This document shows, piece by piece, positions 61,197 through 64,000 of a stretch of DNA of 64,000 bases; within the stretch, counting starts at the first letter, position 1; every line of letters begins with the position of its first letter. The DNA is taken from contig CAVRVY010000004.1 in the NCBI GenBank assembly GCA_963724765.1, forward strand, positions 1,056,001 to 1,120,000, written 5' to 3'. The notes beneath the pieces were generated by a model. The model worked only from the letters and a program-made list of their open reading frames with translations, did not search any database and was not told where the DNA came from. Origin of the DNA: an uncultured delta proteobacterium (GTDB lineage Bacteria > Desulfobacterota > Binatia > Binatales > Binataceae). The translations under genes and the position numbers were made by a program.

Positions 61197-62036
61197 ATGA
61201 AGAAATCACGACTTATTTGCTGCAACGCCGACACGCCGCGTGACAACGCGCGGCCTCAGCATGGATCACGCTCAACGCTGGGGCTGCTGAAGGTATCGCT
61301 CGGCGCCGCGCTGTGCGCTCTCGCGCTTTACGGATGCTCCGCATCAGCCTCGTCCTCTTCGCGCGGGGACACTGCGGCGGTCGCTCAACCTCAAGCCCCG
61401 AACCTATCGCCGGAGCAGTGCCTCAATGGGTCCGTAATTCAAACGTCGAACGATCAGCAAAACTATCACATACAGCCCGGCGATCAGTTGGCGATCAACT
61501 TCTATTTAAATCCCGAATTCAACGATCAGGTCCCGGTGAATCCCGATGGCAAGATAACCATGCGTCTGATCGGGGCGATAGATGCTGCCGGGATGACGCC
61601 GTCCGAACTGGCCGGCCAAATCGACAAGGACTACCTGAGCGAGCTGCGTTCGCCCGACGCCGCGGTCATCGTGAAGAACATGCCCGGTCGCCAGATCTAT
61701 GTCCAAGGTCAAGTCAATCGTCCAGGCGCATTTCCCCTGGCGCCAGGGATGACCGCATTGCAAGCGCTGGCGGACGCCGGCGGGGTCACGCCCGACGCTG
61801 CCGACAACAACGTGGTGCTAATCCGGCGTGACGCGTGCGGCCGTCCCACGGGTGAAAAGCTCGACTTGGCCAGCGCGGCTGACAATCCGGGCAAGGGTGA
61901 GGACGCGGCGCTGATGCCCTACGACGTGCTGGTGGTGCCGCGCAGCCGTATCGCGAATATGGATCTGTTCGTAAAGCAATACATTCGTGACCTGCTGCCA
62001 GTCCAACCTTATCTGTCGATGACCCCCGGGCTGTAA
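61197..62036 (+). CDS. wza: polysaccharide export outer-membrane lipoprotein (Wza/OPX)
   Basis: LYGC lipobox; YHIQPGDQL.I, V.PDGKI...LIG.I.AAG.T, IYVQGQVNRPG, L.PYDVLVVP. Confidence 0.9.
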   Translation: MKKSRLICCNADTPRDNARPQHGSRSTLGLLKVSLGAALCALALYGCSASASSSSRGDTAAVAQPQAPNLSPEQCLNGSVIQTSNDQQNYHIQPGDQLAINFYLNPEFNDQVPVNPDGKITMRLIGAIDAAGMTPSELAGQIDKDYLSELRSPDAAVIVKNMPGRQIYVQGQVNRPGAFPLAPGMTALQALADAGGVTPDAADNNVVLIRRDACGRPTGEKLDLASAADNPGKGEDAALMPYDVLVVPRSRIANMDLFVKQYIRDLLPVQPYLSMTPGL

Positions 62037-62063
62037 CCCGGTTCGCGGAGGATTCGGACCACC

Positions 62064-63578
62064 ATGATACTGCGCGATTTGAATTATTGGACGGAATTGC
62101 TATTCCGGCGAAAAAACGCCTTCCTCGAAACTGCGGGGATCATCTTCGGATTAGTGCTGCTCGGCACGCTGCTGTGGCCGCCGCTGTACGAGTCCAGCGC
62201 CAAGATTTTCGTCCAGAACAACCGCGCACAGTTGCTGGTCTCGCCGGATCTTCAAAGTGAGTCCTCGCAAAATCCGGGGATCGTCGCCAACCCGGTCAGC
62301 GAGCAGGATCTAAATTCGGAAGTCGAATTGCTGACCAGCATTCACCTGGTCAAGCTGGCCATCGCAGGTCTCCCACTGCCGCACGATACCGCGGGTAGCG
62401 GGCTGCTGCAGGACACGGTGGGTCTCGCGCTGCAGATCCCAAGCAGCGGTTATCGGCTGCTGCACGATTCGCCGTCGCCTAGTGCGCGCGACCAATGGGC
62501 GCTCAAGCTCGCGCACCACGTGGGCGTCTCGGTGATCAAGCGCTCCAACATCATCGAGGTTGATTTCAGCGCCCATGACTCGCGCTGGGCGCACGACTTC
62601 CTGTCGCGGTTGATTACTCAGTATCAGGCGTATCATGCGGGGCTCTCGAACGACCCTGAAGCGGAACAGTTCTTCGATCAGCAGGCCAAGCAGCTTAACG
62701 GCCGGCTCAATGTGTCGGAGGACAAGCTGCGCGAATTCCAGATCCAGACCGGAATAACCAGTCTCAGCGATCAGAAGCAGGCGCTGGTGACGCGGCTGTC
62801 TGATCTGCAGCTCCAGAACGCGAAGAATTCCTCCGACCTGGCTTCGGCGCAGCAGCAGGTCGCCTCACTCAGCCAGGAACTCCAGGCGACGCCGCAGCAG
62901 ATCAGCAAGGAAACACGGTCGGTACAAAACATGGCGCTGCAGGCGATCAAACCCCAAGTGATGCAGCTTGAGGCCGAGCGCGCCGAACTTCTCAGCCGCT
63001 ACCAGCCAACCAGCAAGCGGATAACCGAGATCGACGCCAAACTCGCGGCGGCTCATCGGATCCTCGACCGTGAGAACCACCTCGAGATCCAGGAGTCCAG
63101 CACCGATCTCAATCCGGTCTGGGTGACTCTCGAGCAGAGCTTGAAACAGGCCGAAGCGAACGCCGCCTCCCTGAAGGCGAGCCACGAGGTGCTCGATACG
63201 CAGGTCGAAGCGATGCGCCAGCAGCTTACCGACATGGTCAACAACGGGCTGTCAATCGAGCGGCTGTCGCGCCAGGTTGAGAGCGATAAGGACGCTTATC
63301 TCGCGTACGTGCGCAAGGGTGAAGAAGCGCGCGCGGCGCAAGGCCTCAACCTCAACAAAATCCTGAACGTCAGCCTGGCACAGGCGCCGACCCAGCCCCT
63401 GTCGCCGTTCTTCCCGGTCATCTGGCTGAATCTCCTGGCCGGCGCCGTGCTGGCCGCCGGCGCGGGCTTCGCGGCCGCATATTGGGAAGAGCAACGCGAC
63501 CCCAGAATTTATTCGGCCGCTGCTGTCGAGGAAGCGAGCGGTATGACCACCATCGCTATCCTTCGCAACGAGGCGTAA
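62064..63578 (+). CDS. polysaccharide chain-length determinant/co-polymerase (Wzc/GumC-like, no fused kinase)
   Basis: TM-PPLYESSAKIFV, EVELLTS, SNIIEV, long coiled coil, HP-like YQPTS, Pro-rich segment and second TM. Confidence 0.87.
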   Translation: MILRDLNYWTELLFRRKNAFLETAGIIFGLVLLGTLLWPPLYESSAKIFVQNNRAQLLVSPDLQSESSQNPGIVANPVSEQDLNSEVELLTSIHLVKLAIAGLPLPHDTAGSGLLQDTVGLALQIPSSGYRLLHDSPSPSARDQWALKLAHHVGVSVIKRSNIIEVDFSAHDSRWAHDFLSRLITQYQAYHAGLSNDPEAEQFFDQQAKQLNGRLNVSEDKLREFQIQTGITSLSDQKQALVTRLSDLQLQNAKNSSDLASAQQQVASLSQELQATPQQISKETRSVQNMALQAIKPQVMQLEAERAELLSRYQPTSKRITEIDAKLAAAHRILDRENHLEIQESSTDLNPVWVTLEQSLKQAEANAASLKASHEVLDTQVEAMRQQLTDMVNNGLSIERLSRQVESDKDAYLAYVRKGEEARAAQGLNLNKILNVSLAQAPTQPLSPFFPVIWLNLLAGAVLAAGAGFAAAYWEEQRDPRIYSAAAVEEASGMTTIAILRNEA

Positions 63579-63586
63579 CCCCCGCC

Positions 63587-64000
63587 ATGTATCACCAGCA
63601 CTTCAGGCTTAGCGGTCCGCCATTCCAGTTCACGCCTACGCCGGGCGCGCTCTACCTGGGCAAAACCCATCGCGAAGGGCTGGCCGCGCTGGAATGGAGC
63701 CTGCTGCATGAGCCGACCGGGTTCACCTTGCTGGTGGGCGAGAGCGGAATCGGCAAGACCACGCTGGTGTGCTCGATCCTGGCCCAATGCTACCCCAACG
63801 TTCGCAGCGCATACGTCACCAGCCCCAAGCTGAACTTCGATCAGATGATGCAGATGATTATGTCGCAATTCCTGCAGGCGACGGGCGGTCAGACCAAGCT
63901 CCAGTTGATCGAGAGCTTCACGCGGCTGCTCGAGGAAGTCGGGCCAGGTCAGCGTCTCACCATCGTCCTCGACGAAGCCCAGGAACTTGCCGACGAGACG
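63587..64000 (+). CDS. ExeA/GspA-like AAA ATPase, 5' part only
   Basis: Not in the track: MYHQHFRLSGPPFQFTP..H.EGLAAL..FTLLVGESGIGKTTL (Walker A)..IVLDEAQEL (Walker B). Confidence 0.9.
   Translation, partial: MYHQHFRLSGPPFQFTPTPGALYLGKTHREGLAALEWSLLHEPTGFTLLVGESGIGKTTLVCSILAQCYPNVRSAYVTSPKLNFDQMMQMIMSQFLQATGGQTKLQLIESFTRLLEEVGPGQRLTIVLDEAQELADET

Overview
GC-rich bacterial chromosomal window; gene style is compatible with a soil diderm such as Binatota, but this is inference only. 1-29.7 kb is an aromatic/acyl-CoA catabolic region: a partial 2-aminophenol 1,6-dioxygenase beta subunit missed by the ORF track, three class III CoA-transferases, two crotonases, a BadH-like SDR, boxC-boxB without boxA, an acyl-CoA ligase, a TetR-linked diiron ferritin-like enzyme, a cyclase, an amidase, an amidohydrolase, two LLM oxidoreductases and an RND pump. 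29.7-35.2 kb is a lower-GC patch with an orphan Flp pilin and a membrane glycosyltransferase-like gene disrupted by a complete IS630, a complete IS3 and several frameshifts. 35-42 kb holds an FAD oxidoreductase, a second amidohydrolase paralog, a deacetylase, a GAF-sigma54 activator and a receiver protein with a sigma54 promoter. The most unusual part is 42.5-50.2 kb: a cysteine-rich envelope operon (proline-tailed leader-like ORF, CACGC beta-barrel, TlpA, lipoprotein, SCO, stand-alone CuA-like domain with a rewired CDSGCGCGTVCM site, rhodanese, MauE/DoxX) convergent with a TonB-dependent receptor that has a perfect Fur-like palindrome; part of it is bracketed by a 63-bp direct repeat. 50-64 kb holds ackA, a broken phosphoketolase, a DUF748 protein, a small-membrane-protein/BON stress cluster and the start of a wza-wzc-ATPase polysaccharide locus. 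No tRNA, rRNA or CRISPR array was seen. All calls are from reading motifs by eye; no searches were run.
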